Assembly (NCBI GenBank): GCA_052246995.1
Contig: JBQPWD010000002.1
Coordinates: 75,307-139,306 of the forward strand
Origin: Candidatus Bathyarchaeota archaeon
GTDB taxonomy: Archaea; Thermoproteota; Bathyarchaeia; Hecatellales; Hecatellaceae
Length of the DNA: 64,000 nucleotides
Direction of reading: 5' to 3'
Below the pieces are notes generated by a model that did not search any database, was not told the origin of the DNA, and saw only the letters and a program-made list of their open reading frames with translations. Within the stretch, counting starts at the first letter, position 1; each line of letters opens with the position of its first letter. Below, piece after piece: positions 38,503 to 48,465 of the stretch. A program made the translations under genes and the position numbers.

Positions 38503-38606
38503 AAGTTAGTAACCAAAATATATAAATAAGGGTTATCCGAACAAATGTTTCAATATATCGAACATTTGTTCGAAGGAGAAAAATAAAATAATAGTGGAGG
38601 TTAATA

Positions 38607-38798
38607 ATGTTAACTAAAAACTATACGGTTACAGCATTGTTTTTTCTTTTAATACTCTTAAATTACTTGATTCCTTATTTAGTGCTTAAAGACTATCCAA
38701 CCGTTTTGGGAGCATTTCTTTTCTGGTGTTTAATTACCGTTTTTGTTGCTTTACTATGTTTTACCTTGATACTAAGGTTTTGGAGGGTTGAAGGTTGA
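38607..38798 (+). CDS. small two-TM membrane protein (DUF485/YjcH-like) preceding the symporter
   Basis: 63 aa, two hydrophobic helices, 4-nt overlap with the downstream SSS transporter as in yjcH-actP pairs. Confidence 0.5.
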   Translation: MLTKNYTVTALFFLLILLNYLIPYLVLKDYPTVLGAFLFWCLITVFVALLCFTLILRFWRVEG

Positions 38799-40279
38799 TA
38801 AGTTCAAGCTTAATTTTTGCATCAATAATTGTGTACTTTGGTTTTCTACTTGCCGTTGCCTACTACGGAAGATTAAAGACTGGTAAAGGTTTAGAGGAGT
38901 TTTATCTTGCTGGAAGAAAAATTACAGGATTTATTGCCGCGTTAACTTATGCAGCTACAACCTACAGTGTTTTTATGATGGTTGGGTTAGTTGGCTTAAC
39001 CTATGCTTATGGTGTTGGTGCTTTGGGTTTTGAACTTACATATCTTTTTGCTACAGTTCTTCTTCTCACGGTTTTTGCCCCAAAATTTTGGGTTGCAGGT
39101 AAAATATGGGGGTATATGACCCCAACCCAGCTTTTAGCTGAAAGATATGAAAGTAAACTTGTTGGTATTGTAGCAGCAATTTTATGCTTAATTTTTCTTA
39201 TTCCGTATATGGCTATTCAAGGTATGGGTTCAGCTTATCTTATTGAAGCCTTATCTGGTGGAACTGTAAGTTACGAGGTTAGTTTAACATTTACCATCTT
39301 AGTTATAGCTGTTTGTGCTCTTTTAGGTGGATTTAGAGGTGTAGCTTGGACTGATACCGTTCAAGGTTTACTTATGCTTTCAACCTCTGTTTACCTTTTT
39401 CTTTACCTTCTTTATACGTACTTAGGAGGCTGGGGGAATTTTGTAAGCATGCTTGAAAATCAGTATCCAGATATGCTTACAGTTCCAGGACCGAAAAACT
39501 TTTTCACCATCCAAAACTTTGTTACGTTAACCACTCCATGGTTCTTTTTTGCCTTAACAAATCCACAAGTTTCTCAACGTCTTTTTGTTTCAAAGTCCAC
39601 TTCATCCTTGCGTAGCATGATTGTTGGCTTTTTTATATTTGGCTTTATATACACCGTGATTAGCATTTTATTTGGCTTTATGGGAGTTGTTCTTAAAGTT
39701 TCAGCTTCTCCTCCAGATAAAGCTATGCCCCTAATGTTAGAACTTTTTGTTCCACCAATTTTAGCGTTAATAGCTATGTTAGGCATCGTTTCAGCAGGAG
39801 TTTCCACAGCAAACTCTATAATGCTTTCATTGGCCTCCATGGTTGGCAGAGATATTTATGGTGTATTGGCTAAAAAACCTTCAGAAAAAGTTGAAATGCT
39901 GGTTGGTTATGCAACAATTCTTGTTGAAGCTTTAATAATCTGGATTTTTGCTATTCAAAGAGTTGGGTTGATATCCTTACTAGCTGTGATGGCTTCAGCA
40001 GGTTTACTTGTACAACTACCCGTAATAGTTGGAGCATTCTACTGGAAAGGTGGAAGCGGAATTGGAGCATGTGTAAGCATGATTAGCGGGGGTATCCTGA
40101 CAGGAGTACTCTATACTTTAGGAATATCTCCTCTAACTTTAGGTCCACCAGTATGGGGTTTAATCGTTACAACCCTACTGTTTATCTTGGTTAGCTTGAT
40201 AACAAAGAAGCCTGCCAACGCTGAAAACTTTATTTCTCTAGTTAAAAAAGAGCTTAAGGTAAAAGGATTTATAAGATAA
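38795..40279 (+). CDS. sodium:solute symporter family transporter (ActP/monocarboxylate-permease-like)
   Basis: 494 aa, 13-14 TM segments, SSF-type motifs (GRKITGFIAALTYAATTYS). Confidence 0.7.
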   Translation: MISSSLIFASIIVYFGFLLAVAYYGRLKTGKGLEEFYLAGRKITGFIAALTYAATTYSVFMMVGLVGLTYAYGVGALGFELTYLFATVLLLTVFAPKFWVAGKIWGYMTPTQLLAERYESKLVGIVAAILCLIFLIPYMAIQGMGSAYLIEALSGGTVSYEVSLTFTILVIAVCALLGGFRGVAWTDTVQGLLMLSTSVYLFLYLLYTYLGGWGNFVSMLENQYPDMLTVPGPKNFFTIQNFVTLTTPWFFFALTNPQVSQRLFVSKSTSSLRSMIVGFFIFGFIYTVISILFGFMGVVLKVSASPPDKAMPLMLELFVPPILALIAMLGIVSAGVSTANSIMLSLASMVGRDIYGVLAKKPSEKVEMLVGYATILVEALIIWIFAIQRVGLISLLAVMASAGLLVQLPVIVGAFYWKGGSGIGACVSMISGGILTGVLYTLGISPLTLGPPVWGLIVTTLLFILVSLITKKPANAENFISLVKKELKVKGFIR

Positions 40280-40701
40280 AAATTAAGTGATTAAACGTTA
40301 AACAGCTATAACTTTTCCCAACCATAATATTTTTGGTTCAATAGTTATTCTGCTTTTATGTTTGAACTTTTCAATAAGCTTAGAGTACTCTTCGACCTAA
40401 CTTAACATAACGTTATCGCATGATTTAAGATTGAAGTATTACCAGAGGGAACTCTTATCTTTACAAGTTGAGCCATCGGAAAATGGTTTAGATAATTAAG
40501 GTTTCTAAGGATATATCAATGAAAGGGGTTTGGACTAGCTTGAGTATTCTCATATCTTAAGGCTAGCTTCATCTGAATCTACGCTTTATTTACGCTGAAA
40601 CAGTAAATCTAATTTTTCCCCTCTTTTGGAGGAAGACATAAACTTTTTTATCTTCATACCAACCTATTTTTTATTGAAAATTGTAAGTAGAGGGAAAAAA
40701 T

Positions 40702-41478
40702 TTGGAATATAAAACTATTATCGTGGAACGAAAGGACAATATTGGTTTAATCACCCTTAACCGACCAGAGAAGCTTAACACCTTCACAATGCAACTAGCT
40801 CAAGAGCTTAACACAGCCTTGCTGGAGTTAGATCGGGATCCCCAGATACGTGTCATAATCATCAAGGGTGCAGGTCGTGCATTTAGTGCAGGAATTGATG
40901 TTAACGAGTTGAAAGGTAAGAATCCTATAGAAATTCGCAACTGGGTTAAGGCTATGGATGCTCACAATATAACCATTGCCAACATGAGTAAGCCGGTGAT
41001 TGCCGCTGTGCATGGTGTTGCCGTAGCTAATGGTTTTGGGTTGGCCGCTGCCTGCGACTTAACCGTTGCAAGTGATGATGCCCGTTTTGGGACAACGGCC
41101 ATAAATGTTGGTTTATACTGTTTTGGCCCTTCGGCGCCATTGTGGCGTATACTGGGCAAGAAGAAGAGCTTGGAGCTCCTACTTACTGGAGACATTATCG
41201 ATGCTAAGGAAGCGGAAAGGATTGGCTTGGTAAATAAAGTGGTACCCAGGGAGAAGCTAGAGGAAGCCGCTATGGAACTTGCCCAGAAACTGGCCAGTAA
41301 AAGTCCTATTGCTCTGCAAATGGGTAAGACTTCCTTCTATAAGATGTGGGATATGAAGTATGAGGAAGCCTTGACTTACTTAGGAGAAGTATTCACTATT
41401 CTATGTACTACTGAAGATGCTAAAGAAGGAATTACCGCGTTTCTGGAAAAACGGCAACCAGTATGGAAAGGACGTTAG
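40702..41478 (+). CDS. enoyl-CoA hydratase (crotonase family)
   Basis: IKGAGRAFSAGIDV oxyanion-hole motif; 258 aa; GC visibly higher than flanking genes. Confidence 0.8.
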   Translation: MEYKTIIVERKDNIGLITLNRPEKLNTFTMQLAQELNTALLELDRDPQIRVIIIKGAGRAFSAGIDVNELKGKNPIEIRNWVKAMDAHNITIANMSKPVIAAVHGVAVANGFGLAAACDLTVASDDARFGTTAINVGLYCFGPSAPLWRILGKKKSLELLLTGDIIDAKEAERIGLVNKVVPREKLEEAAMELAQKLASKSPIALQMGKTSFYKMWDMKYEEALTYLGEVFTILCTTEDAKEGITAFLEKRQPVWKGR

Positions 41479-42097
41479 TCAGGATGATTGGAAGGCCAAA
41501 ACAAGTGAGTTCTTCTTCATTTTCTGGCTAACATTCTTATCATAACCGTAAACATCAACCTTCTTTTGTCAAAATAAACGAAATTTTTAGGATGATTTAA
41601 AAAATTCTGCCAAATAGATCTTTGGTTGACTGGTCTAACAAGAGATGACCATTATTGCTACATTAGAAAAACTAACAGCTTAATAACGGAGAAATATCCA
41701 GAACGTCAAAACTTTCCAGTTAGATGTAAACACAAAAGCATGAAAACGTATGCTAAAAGCCTTAAAAATCTTTTTCAGAGATTTTAGTCGGAAATTCCTT
41801 AAATTGTTGTCAGCTTCAAGTTTCCTTCTTAGGCACATTTTCCTAAAGAAAATACCAACTAGTGATAAGTTAAAAAATCAGACATCGATATGGACGCGAA
41901 TATTTCACATTACCCATTCTTTAAGAACAAAGACGATTGTTTTCGTTTTTCAATGGAAAAGCTGAAAATGTTTTGAATAGAGTATATTAACGTTAAAGCC
42001 ATAAGGTAGGCTATTTGTGTAAAGGGAAGAAAGCTTATGTCTTTTGAAGTTGCAATGAGGAAAAACTTGGATAAAAATAACCGTAAAAGATAGTTGA

Positions 42098-42183
42098 CGC
42101 CGGGGACGGGATTTGAACCCGTGCGGCGCAAACGCGCCACAGGCTTAGCAGGCCTGCGCCCTACCAGGCTAGGCGACCCCGGC
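42098..42183 (-). tRNA. tRNA-Ser (anticodon GCT) with a long variable arm
   Basis: Reverse complement folds as acceptor GCCGGGG/CCCCGGC, anticodon stem CAGGC/GCCTG with loop CTGCTAA, 17-nt variable arm, T-arm ACGGG-TTCAAAT-CCCGT, discriminator G. Confidence 0.85.
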
Positions 42184-42384
42184 AATTATCCCCTAGCTAA
42201 CAAATTATTGTCACGTCTATTAGGTGGTTTGTTATCATACAAACATACATAGGTATAGATATTTTTATGTTTTTGTTTGGAGTAAAGTCAGCGCTTATAC
42301 GAGCTTTTTTTTTATAACCGCAACTCCTCAAATAGCTCTATCCAGTTTGTTGATAAGAAGCCTTATATTTCTTCGTATACTGAT

Positions 42385-42630
42385 TTAAAAGCCAACTCGG
42401 CACTCGTGGAGGTAGTTTCGTCCCATCTGTCTATCAACGGTTGAGTCATCCTTAAATGTCCAGTAAAACCAGCCGTTTCTGATCAGCTTACCCTTATACT
42501 TGGTTAAATCTTTCAGCATAGCCTTGAACTGCAGGTTGTTGAGGTCTTTGCTTTTCTCAAACTCTCCTTTAGAGCATTGAATCTTCATCCATTTAATCTT
42601 GTCCGGATTCCGTGAAAACTTGAACTTCCT
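42385..42630 (-). CDS. hypothetical ORF / gene fragment beside tRNA-Ser (frame open from 42630; ATG at 42588)
   Basis: 67-82 aa; composition differs from flanks; no family recognised. Confidence 0.25.
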   Translation of the reverse strand, partial: RKFKFSRNPDKIKWMKIQCSKGEFEKSKDLNNLQFKAMLKDLTKYKGKLIRNGWFYWTFKDDSTVDRQMGRNYLHECRVGF

Positions 42631-42764
42631 TCAACCGTTCCTACAAGTTTGACAATTTCAGCGAAGAACTCTTATTCCAACTTTTATACTGTCAGTGTAT
42701 TTATGTTTTCTCTGGAGCTAATTCCCTGTAGACCAATGATTATTTTCTCTTTTTTTGGACGCGG

Positions 42765-43025
42765 TTATCCCCAGCGGTATTTTCTTCCCGTTCCGCCTTT
42801 GGGATATAAGAACTTTACGGCTCCTATGGTACATACAAACCAGCATGAGGCACACTCGCAACAGTTCTCGTATTTTACTGCTTTGGCTTTGCCGTTTACC
42901 ATAGTTATCACTCCTCCAGGGCATACCTTGACGCAGTCTCCGCATCCTGTGCAGACTTCCGGGTCGATGTTGATGAATTCGCCGCCTGGCGTCCAGCTTG
43001 TTCCTTCCAACATTTTATACTTCAT
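42765..43025 (-). CDS. fixX: FixX-like ferredoxin-like protein
   Basis: CTGCGDCVKVCPGG plus CCECASCWFVCTIGA cysteine motifs; 86 aa; directly downstream of the fixC-like gene. Confidence 0.7.
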   Translation of the reverse strand: MKYKMLEGTSWTPGGEFINIDPEVCTGCGDCVKVCPGGVITMVNGKAKAVKYENCCECASCWFVCTIGAVKFLYPKGGTGRKYRWG

Positions 43026-44356
43026 TTTGCCACCCCCGCAAGTAACATAAGTTCGTTAAATAGCATTGGAAGTTTTCTATAGAGGAATGGTCCTATATAT
43101 CTTATTAGGGGTAGGAATCCGCTTAGTAGCAGCATTAGGTCTGAGGGTTTGGGCTGGTCAAATGCGCTTCTGACTACGTAATTGGAAATCGTGGAGCTTA
43201 CTTGGACAATTTTTTCCCCACCCATCTTTGCAATGACGTCTCTTCTCCAAGGTCTTTGCATTAGTCTCCAAATTAGTCTCTTTTTATACTTCTCCTCGTA
43301 GATTGATAGTCCTTCTTCTGAGACGTTGCCTTTGGATATGGATTCAGCCGCGGCTTCTCCTGCAAGCATTCCTGAGGTCATTGCGCCGTAAAATCCTGCA
43401 CAGGTGAAGGAGTCTAAGAATCCTCCTGCATCCCCTGCCACGAGAATCCCGTTGCCATAAGTTTTTTCCAGCATTTTCTGACCTCTGTCGTGTGCTGACC
43501 ATAGGGGTACAGTGTTCCACATCCAAGCTCTGAATTTTGCTACGTCCTCGAATCTGTCTTTCCAGAGTTGTGAGCGTAGAAACCTCTCCATGAAGATGGC
43601 GGGATTCTTCCTGCTTGAAACCAGTGCTCCCACTCCCAAGTGAAAGCTTTCTCTATAGGGAAATATCCAAACATATGAACCTATATCTGCGGGGGTTAGT
43701 GTTCCCCAGTAAACTTCAAAAGTGTCCGCCAATCCCAGTCTTTTAATTTCCCTCTCTGGTATTGTGAAGTCTAGAACCACACAATTTTCCACATTTTCTG
43801 GCGGTAGCTTTCTTCTCACTCCAGCTCTGATTCCTATTAGCGATTTTGCTCCATCAGCTGCTATCACTACTTGGGAATTGATTTTTTCCCCCTTCTCCGT
43901 TACAACTCCCTTAACGTAGCCGTTTTCCTTTATAACATCCACAACGGTTGTGTTATTTTCGAATTCGGCTCCAGCGTTCACAGCGAGCTGGGTTAGCCAT
44001 TTACAGAAATCGTAGCAGTAGATGGTATATCCCACCCGACTATCATCAGTGCTCCTAAATGTGAGTTCCAATGGCGTCTCTCCCTTTTCGTTAGCTACAA
44101 TCCACCTAACGCCCTTAAGTTCTCTCTCCAATGGAGCCTCCTTTAAAAACTCTAACCCGGGCTCAATGAATGCGTCGTGGGTCAGAATACCTCCAGAAAC
44201 AATTTTTTCTCCGGGTTCAGTTGACCTTTCAAGAAGTAAAACTTTAAGCCCCTTTTCCGCAGCGGTCTTTGCTGCAACTGCACCAGCAAACGCTGAACCA
44301 ACAACAATAACATCGTACTTCCTATTCATAAAATCCACACATCCTCTTTCATGCAA
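43022..44356 (-). CDS. fixC: FixC-like FAD-dependent oxidoreductase (ETF-quinone oxidoreductase / geranylgeranyl reductase family)
   Basis: YDVIVVGSAFAGAVAAKTAA FAD-binding fingerprint; 444 aa; followed by fixX with a 4-nt overlap. Confidence 0.7.
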   Translation of the reverse strand: MHERGCVDFMNRKYDVIVVGSAFAGAVAAKTAAEKGLKVLLLERSTEPGEKIVSGGILTHDAFIEPGLEFLKEAPLERELKGVRWIVANEKGETPLELTFRSTDDSRVGYTIYCYDFCKWLTQLAVNAGAEFENNTTVVDVIKENGYVKGVVTEKGEKINSQVVIAADGAKSLIGIRAGVRRKLPPENVENCVVLDFTIPEREIKRLGLADTFEVYWGTLTPADIGSYVWIFPYRESFHLGVGALVSSRKNPAIFMERFLRSQLWKDRFEDVAKFRAWMWNTVPLWSAHDRGQKMLEKTYGNGILVAGDAGGFLDSFTCAGFYGAMTSGMLAGEAAAESISKGNVSEEGLSIYEEKYKKRLIWRLMQRPWRRDVIAKMGGEKIVQVSSTISNYVVRSAFDQPKPSDLMLLLSGFLPLIRYIGPFLYRKLPMLFNELMLLAGVAK

Positions 44357-44562
44357 GAGAGCATAGTGGTTATAGAACTTTTTCCCCTTTTAAAAATGTG
44401 ATACCCAAACATTGTTGTAGTAACTCCTACCCTCCTGGAGTCAGTGGAATCCCGGCAAAGCCTAGAGGCTTCTAAAGGGTTCAAATCCAAAACTTCATCA
44501 ATAGCCTTTGCAACCTCATTGGTATTCCCAGTTTCTGGATAATAAACAAATAATACTTTCAT
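44326..44562 (-). pseudogene. possible flavodoxin-like N-terminal fragment overlapping the fixC start
   Basis: Only the first 25 aa (MKVLFVYYPETGNTNEVAKAIDEVL) resemble a flavodoxin start; the remainder does not; 78 aa is too short for a flavodoxin. Confidence 0.25.
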
Positions 44563-44740
44563 TTTTCACACCTCACTAAATGAATATTTAAACATTATAC
44601 GTTTAAGCTTAATGAAACATGCATGCCTAAAAAATAGAAAGGATGAAGTTTCCTTTACGCTTCGCCCTTTACTGGTGTTTTTTAAAGTTTTAGAGAACAT
44701 TTTTGTAGACTTGTTGGTAGTTATTTAATGGTAGCGAGAT

Positions 44741-45739
44741 ATGAATTTTGCTGTTCAGGTTAACAGACTTGTAAAGGTTTACGATGGTAAGGTTAGGGCT
44801 TTAGATGGGGTGGATTTAACTGTTGAAGTTGGAGAAACCTTCGCGTTTCTGGGCCCAAATGGTGCTGGAAAGACTACACTTATACGTATTTTGACAACAC
44901 AAATCAAGCCTACTTTTGGGGAAGCATATGTTTTTGGGTTAAACGTTGTTCGTCAAGGTAGCAAGGTTCGGAAGCTGATAAGCTACGTTCCACAAGAAGT
45001 AAGCGTTTGGACAGACATCAGCGGCTATGAAAATCTTCTGATTTATTCTAAAATTTTCGGTTTACCATCTGATGTGAGAGAGAAAATAATTGATGAAGTT
45101 TTAGAATATATGGGTTTAACCAGTGTAAAGAATAATCTGGTTCGGACATATTCTGGCGGGATGATTAGGAGACTTGAAATAGCCTGTGCCATGCTTGTTA
45201 AGCCAAAAATCATGTTTTTAGACGAGCCAACTATTGGTTTGGATCCTGCTGCCCGAAAAATTGTCTGGGAAAGGTTAAACGTTTTTAAGAAGGAGTACAA
45301 TGTAACCATATTCTTCAACACACATTATCTAGATGAGGCTGACTTGTATGCAGACAAGATATCTATAATTAACCAAGGAAAGATAGTAGCAAAGGGAACA
45401 AGCGAAGAGTTAAAGCATTCGTTGGGCGGTGAAATTATCACATTTACCTTTGAAAAAGCTGAATTTAAACCCGAATTAGCTCAAGAATTTATAAAATTAT
45501 GTTTTGTGAGGGATGTCTTCGTTGAAGATGGAAGTTTAAGTGTGTTTGTTGATGATGCTGAATCCGCGTTGTTCAGTTTAATGAACATCTTTAAGGGTAA
45601 AGGCATATCTGTAGGAAAGGTTTCTATTACCAAGCCAACTTTAGATGAAGTCTTCCTTAAATATGCTGGCACACGGCTTGAGGAAGGAGGTAAATTTAGT
45701 GAGGTTAGGCATAGGCGATATAGAATTAGGAAGGGGTAA
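44741..45739 (+). CDS. ABC transporter ATP-binding protein (ABC-2 type) with C-terminal extension
   Basis: Walker A GPNGAGKTT; signature YSGGMIRRLEIA; Walker B IMFLDEPT. Confidence 0.85.
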   Translation: MNFAVQVNRLVKVYDGKVRALDGVDLTVEVGETFAFLGPNGAGKTTLIRILTTQIKPTFGEAYVFGLNVVRQGSKVRKLISYVPQEVSVWTDISGYENLLIYSKIFGLPSDVREKIIDEVLEYMGLTSVKNNLVRTYSGGMIRRLEIACAMLVKPKIMFLDEPTIGLDPAARKIVWERLNVFKKEYNVTIFFNTHYLDEADLYADKISIINQGKIVAKGTSEELKHSLGGEIITFTFEKAEFKPELAQEFIKLCFVRDVFVEDGSLSVFVDDAESALFSLMNIFKGKGISVGKVSITKPTLDEVFLKYAGTRLEEGGKFSEVRHRRYRIRKG

Positions 45740-45742
45740 AAC

Positions 45743-46507
45743 ATGATAGAAGACTTTAAAAACATGCTAGTTATGGTAGAGCTGGAATTGAGAAGACTAC
45801 GCCATGACAGAACTGAAATTTACCTTAGGGCTATTCAACCAGTTCTATGGTTAGTCATATATGGATCCATTATGAGCAGCGTTAGGGCTATACCGACAGG
45901 TGGAGTACCATATACAGACTTCATAACTCCAGGAGTTATGATTCAGACAGCAACTTTCGTCAGCATATTCTATGGGTTGATGATGATTTGGGAGCGTGAG
46001 TCCGGTATCCTAAAGAAACTGCTTGTTACTCCAACTTCAAGATACTTCATGGTGATAGGAAGGTCCATGGCTTCAGGTGTAAGAGCCCTTTTTCAAGCAA
46101 TATTAATTCTACCCATAGCCCTAATAATTGGTGTACGGCTTATACTTAATCCGATATACGTCATTCTAGCTTTTACAATAATTTTCTTCGTCTCAGGCGG
46201 ATTCGCAGCACTATCAATACTTGTAGCCTCAATCATAAAAACTCGTGAAAGATTTATTGGCATAGGCCAAGCCATAGTTATGCCCCTATTTTTTGCAAGC
46301 AACGCCCTGTATCCAGTTCAAATGATGCCTCCAATCCTAAAAGAATTATCAACATTCAACCCGTTAAGCTATGTCATTGATGCAGTAAGAGGCTTGCTAA
46401 TTACAGGAGATGTTTCAAATCTCCTACTGGATGTAACTGTGATAATAATTTTCAACATCATAATGTTTGTTACTGCATCAATAAGTTTCAGCAGAATAAT
46501 AGAATAA
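45743..46507 (+). CDS. ABC-2 family transporter permease
   Basis: 254 aa, six TM helices, immediately downstream of the ATPase. Confidence 0.7.
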   Translation: MIEDFKNMLVMVELELRRLRHDRTEIYLRAIQPVLWLVIYGSIMSSVRAIPTGGVPYTDFITPGVMIQTATFVSIFYGLMMIWERESGILKKLLVTPTSRYFMVIGRSMASGVRALFQAILILPIALIIGVRLILNPIYVILAFTIIFFVSGGFAALSILVASIIKTRERFIGIGQAIVMPLFFASNALYPVQMMPPILKELSTFNPLSYVIDAVRGLLITGDVSNLLLDVTVIIIFNIIMFVTASISFSRIIE

Positions 46508-46683
46508 AAAGCCGAGATGAACATTTTATGAAGCCTTATAAACCACCTATTGCTCAGCTACTAAATTTAGGCTTAAAAACTTCCTCTTTTCAAATTACAT
46601 AGTTAAATTAGATTTATGATGTGGTTTTCTGATGGTTCAGGTAAGGTAAACTGTAAATACTGCTTAAGCTTTAATAATTTTCG

Positions 46684-46905
46684 GTGGTGTCTTTGGCTGG
46701 AAAGAGAATTAAAAAGCCTCAAAAAAAGGTTTCGGCAACTCACATTATAAGCTGTAATGTTCATGAAGGTGAACCTTCACGAACAGCTTTACTCATCATT
46801 TACGATAATGGGGATGTTAATGTTCGCTGTTCGTGTGAAAAATGTGAACTCTGTAAGTATGGTGAACTTATAAAAACCCAACCTAAAACTTCAACTCAAA
46901 CCTAA
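46684..46905 (+). CDS. small Cys-rich hypothetical protein (possible zinc ribbon)
   Basis: CNVH...CSCEKCELC; 73 aa; GTG start; beside tRNA-Pro. Confidence 0.25.
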   Translation: MVSLAGKRIKKPQKKVSATHIISCNVHEGEPSRTALLIIYDNGDVNVRCSCEKCELCKYGELIKTQPKTSTQT

Positions 46906-47116
46906 ACTTTAAACCAGTTTTTCTCTTTACTAAGGTAAAAGCGGCTTTATTTCCAGTTTACATTTTTTCAATTTTTGTTGCGTGTTTCACTACTTTTCTT
47001 ATTAACCCTTTTTTCTTTAATCATTCAACTGTTATACATCTAATCAAAGCTGATCCATTGGAGAGGTAGAAATCCTCTACGCTTAAAATTTCTGAAAATA
47101 ATTTAACCAAAAAATA

Positions 47117-47195
47117 TGGTGGGGCCGGCCGGATTTGAACCGGCGATCTGGCGGGCCCAAGCCGCCAAGCGTAGACCAGGCTAGCCCACGGCCCC
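47117..47195 (-). tRNA. tRNA-Pro (anticodon TGG), CCA encoded
   Basis: Reverse complement has acceptor GGGGCCG/CGGCCCC, anticodon stem GGCGG/CCGCC with loop CTTGGGC, T-arm GCCGG-TTCAAAT-CCGGC, then ACCA. Confidence 0.85.
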
Positions 47196-47430
47196 TCATA
47201 ACACGAGGAACACAATATATAGTAGTAAAGCCTCTTCTAAATTTTTCTCTTACATGTAAGAGACGGTTAAATTTAGTAAAGTTAATGAGAAAAACCTCAT
47301 AGCAATTATTAAGTAAAGAAACTACCTTACCGGAGTTAGAAGTTTACTCCTTATTTTTAATGAGTTACGGATAGAAGAAATCTAATATATAAAAATTATT
47401 TTTATAAAAATATGATGTGGAGGAAAGTGC

Positions 47431-48456
47431 TTGAAAAACTTTAAATTAGCTTTTAATAGGGATTTATGTCTGGCTTGTTCTTCTTATGATTGTTTAGTTA
47501 AATGTCAATACCTGAACTTAGGGTCTACTGAGGCTAGAAGTGAAATTAGAAAAATTATCAGCGGTGAGTTATCCCAAGTTTTGTACAATTGCGTTACATG
47601 TTATGCGTGTGAAGAATATTGTAGATGGGGTAATCATCCATTTTACCTTATAGTTGAACGTCAGGAGGAAAAAGGAATTCTGCCAGCGCCAAAACCAATA
47701 GTTAAACGTTGGGTTCAAAGTGGAGAGTTAATTGGGAGAGAACCTGAAATTAAACCTGTTAAAGAACCTGTAATTTCTTTATGCTTTTTTCCTCAACTGG
47801 CACCCTTGATTCAAGGTAAGCTTTTCGATGGGGCTTCAGTAATTTACGGACGGCATGTTTTTTGTAATGTTGTTTACTTACATTTTGGAAAGTCTTCAAT
47901 AATAAAAGAGAGAGCTCCTATAATAATAGGAAATATTGCAAAATACGGTGTTAAGGAGCTTATATGTTTTCATGATGAATGTTATGGGTTATTTAAATCA
48001 TTAGCACCAGCATACAACATCAAAGTACCATTTAAACCTATACATCTTTTTGAGTATCTTTACAACAAGTTAATGGAGCATGAAAAAATTATTAAGCCGT
48101 TAAACTTTAAAGTTGCATATCAGCGTAATTGTTCAACTAGGTTAACACCAGATAAGGAACACTTTGTTGATGATATTTTTGAATTAATTGGTGTTAAACG
48201 TGTTAAGAGGGAGTATGATAGAGAAAACGCGTTATGTTGTGCTGGAATAATAAAGGAACTTGGATATCCTGAGTTGAGCGAAGAATTACAAAGAAAAAAT
48301 GTTGAAGATATGAAAAAGGCTGATGCGGAGTATGTTGTTTTTAACTGTCCAATGTGTTACTTTATTTTGGCTGAGAAAGTGGGTAAACTTGGCATGAAGC
48401 CGATGTTGATGAGTGAACTTTGTAAACTTGCTATAGGTGAGAAACCTATCCTATAG
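47431..48456 (+). CDS. Fe-S oxidoreductase with ferredoxin-like N-terminus and CCG (cysteine-rich) domains (HdrD/GlcF/LutA-like)
   Basis: CLACSSYDCLVKC and CVTCYACEEYC cluster motifs; CCG-type motifs later (CCAG, NCPMCYF); TTG start behind GGAGG. Confidence 0.6.
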   Translation: MKNFKLAFNRDLCLACSSYDCLVKCQYLNLGSTEARSEIRKIISGELSQVLYNCVTCYACEEYCRWGNHPFYLIVERQEEKGILPAPKPIVKRWVQSGELIGREPEIKPVKEPVISLCFFPQLAPLIQGKLFDGASVIYGRHVFCNVVYLHFGKSSIIKERAPIIIGNIAKYGVKELICFHDECYGLFKSLAPAYNIKVPFKPIHLFEYLYNKLMEHEKIIKPLNFKVAYQRNCSTRLTPDKEHFVDDIFELIGVKRVKREYDRENALCCAGIIKELGYPELSEELQRKNVEDMKKADAEYVVFNCPMCYFILAEKVGKLGMKPMLMSELCKLAIGEKPIL

Positions 48457-48465
48457 GGTTTTAAC

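Noticed and set aside
41910-42185. 91-aa minus-strand ORF
   Set aside because: Overlaps tRNA-Ser on the same strand. tRNA structure is unambiguous.
42649-43050. 133-aa plus-strand ORF
   Set aside because: Antisense to the FixX-like ferredoxin gene, whose Cys motifs are clear. Pro/His-rich translation has no motif.
44326-44562. Calling a full flavodoxin gene upstream of fixC
   Set aside because: Only the first about 25 residues resemble flavodoxin, and the length (78 aa) and remainder do not. Retained only as a low-confidence fragment.
47021-47215. 64-aa minus-strand ORF
   Set aside because: Overlaps tRNA-Pro. Spurious.
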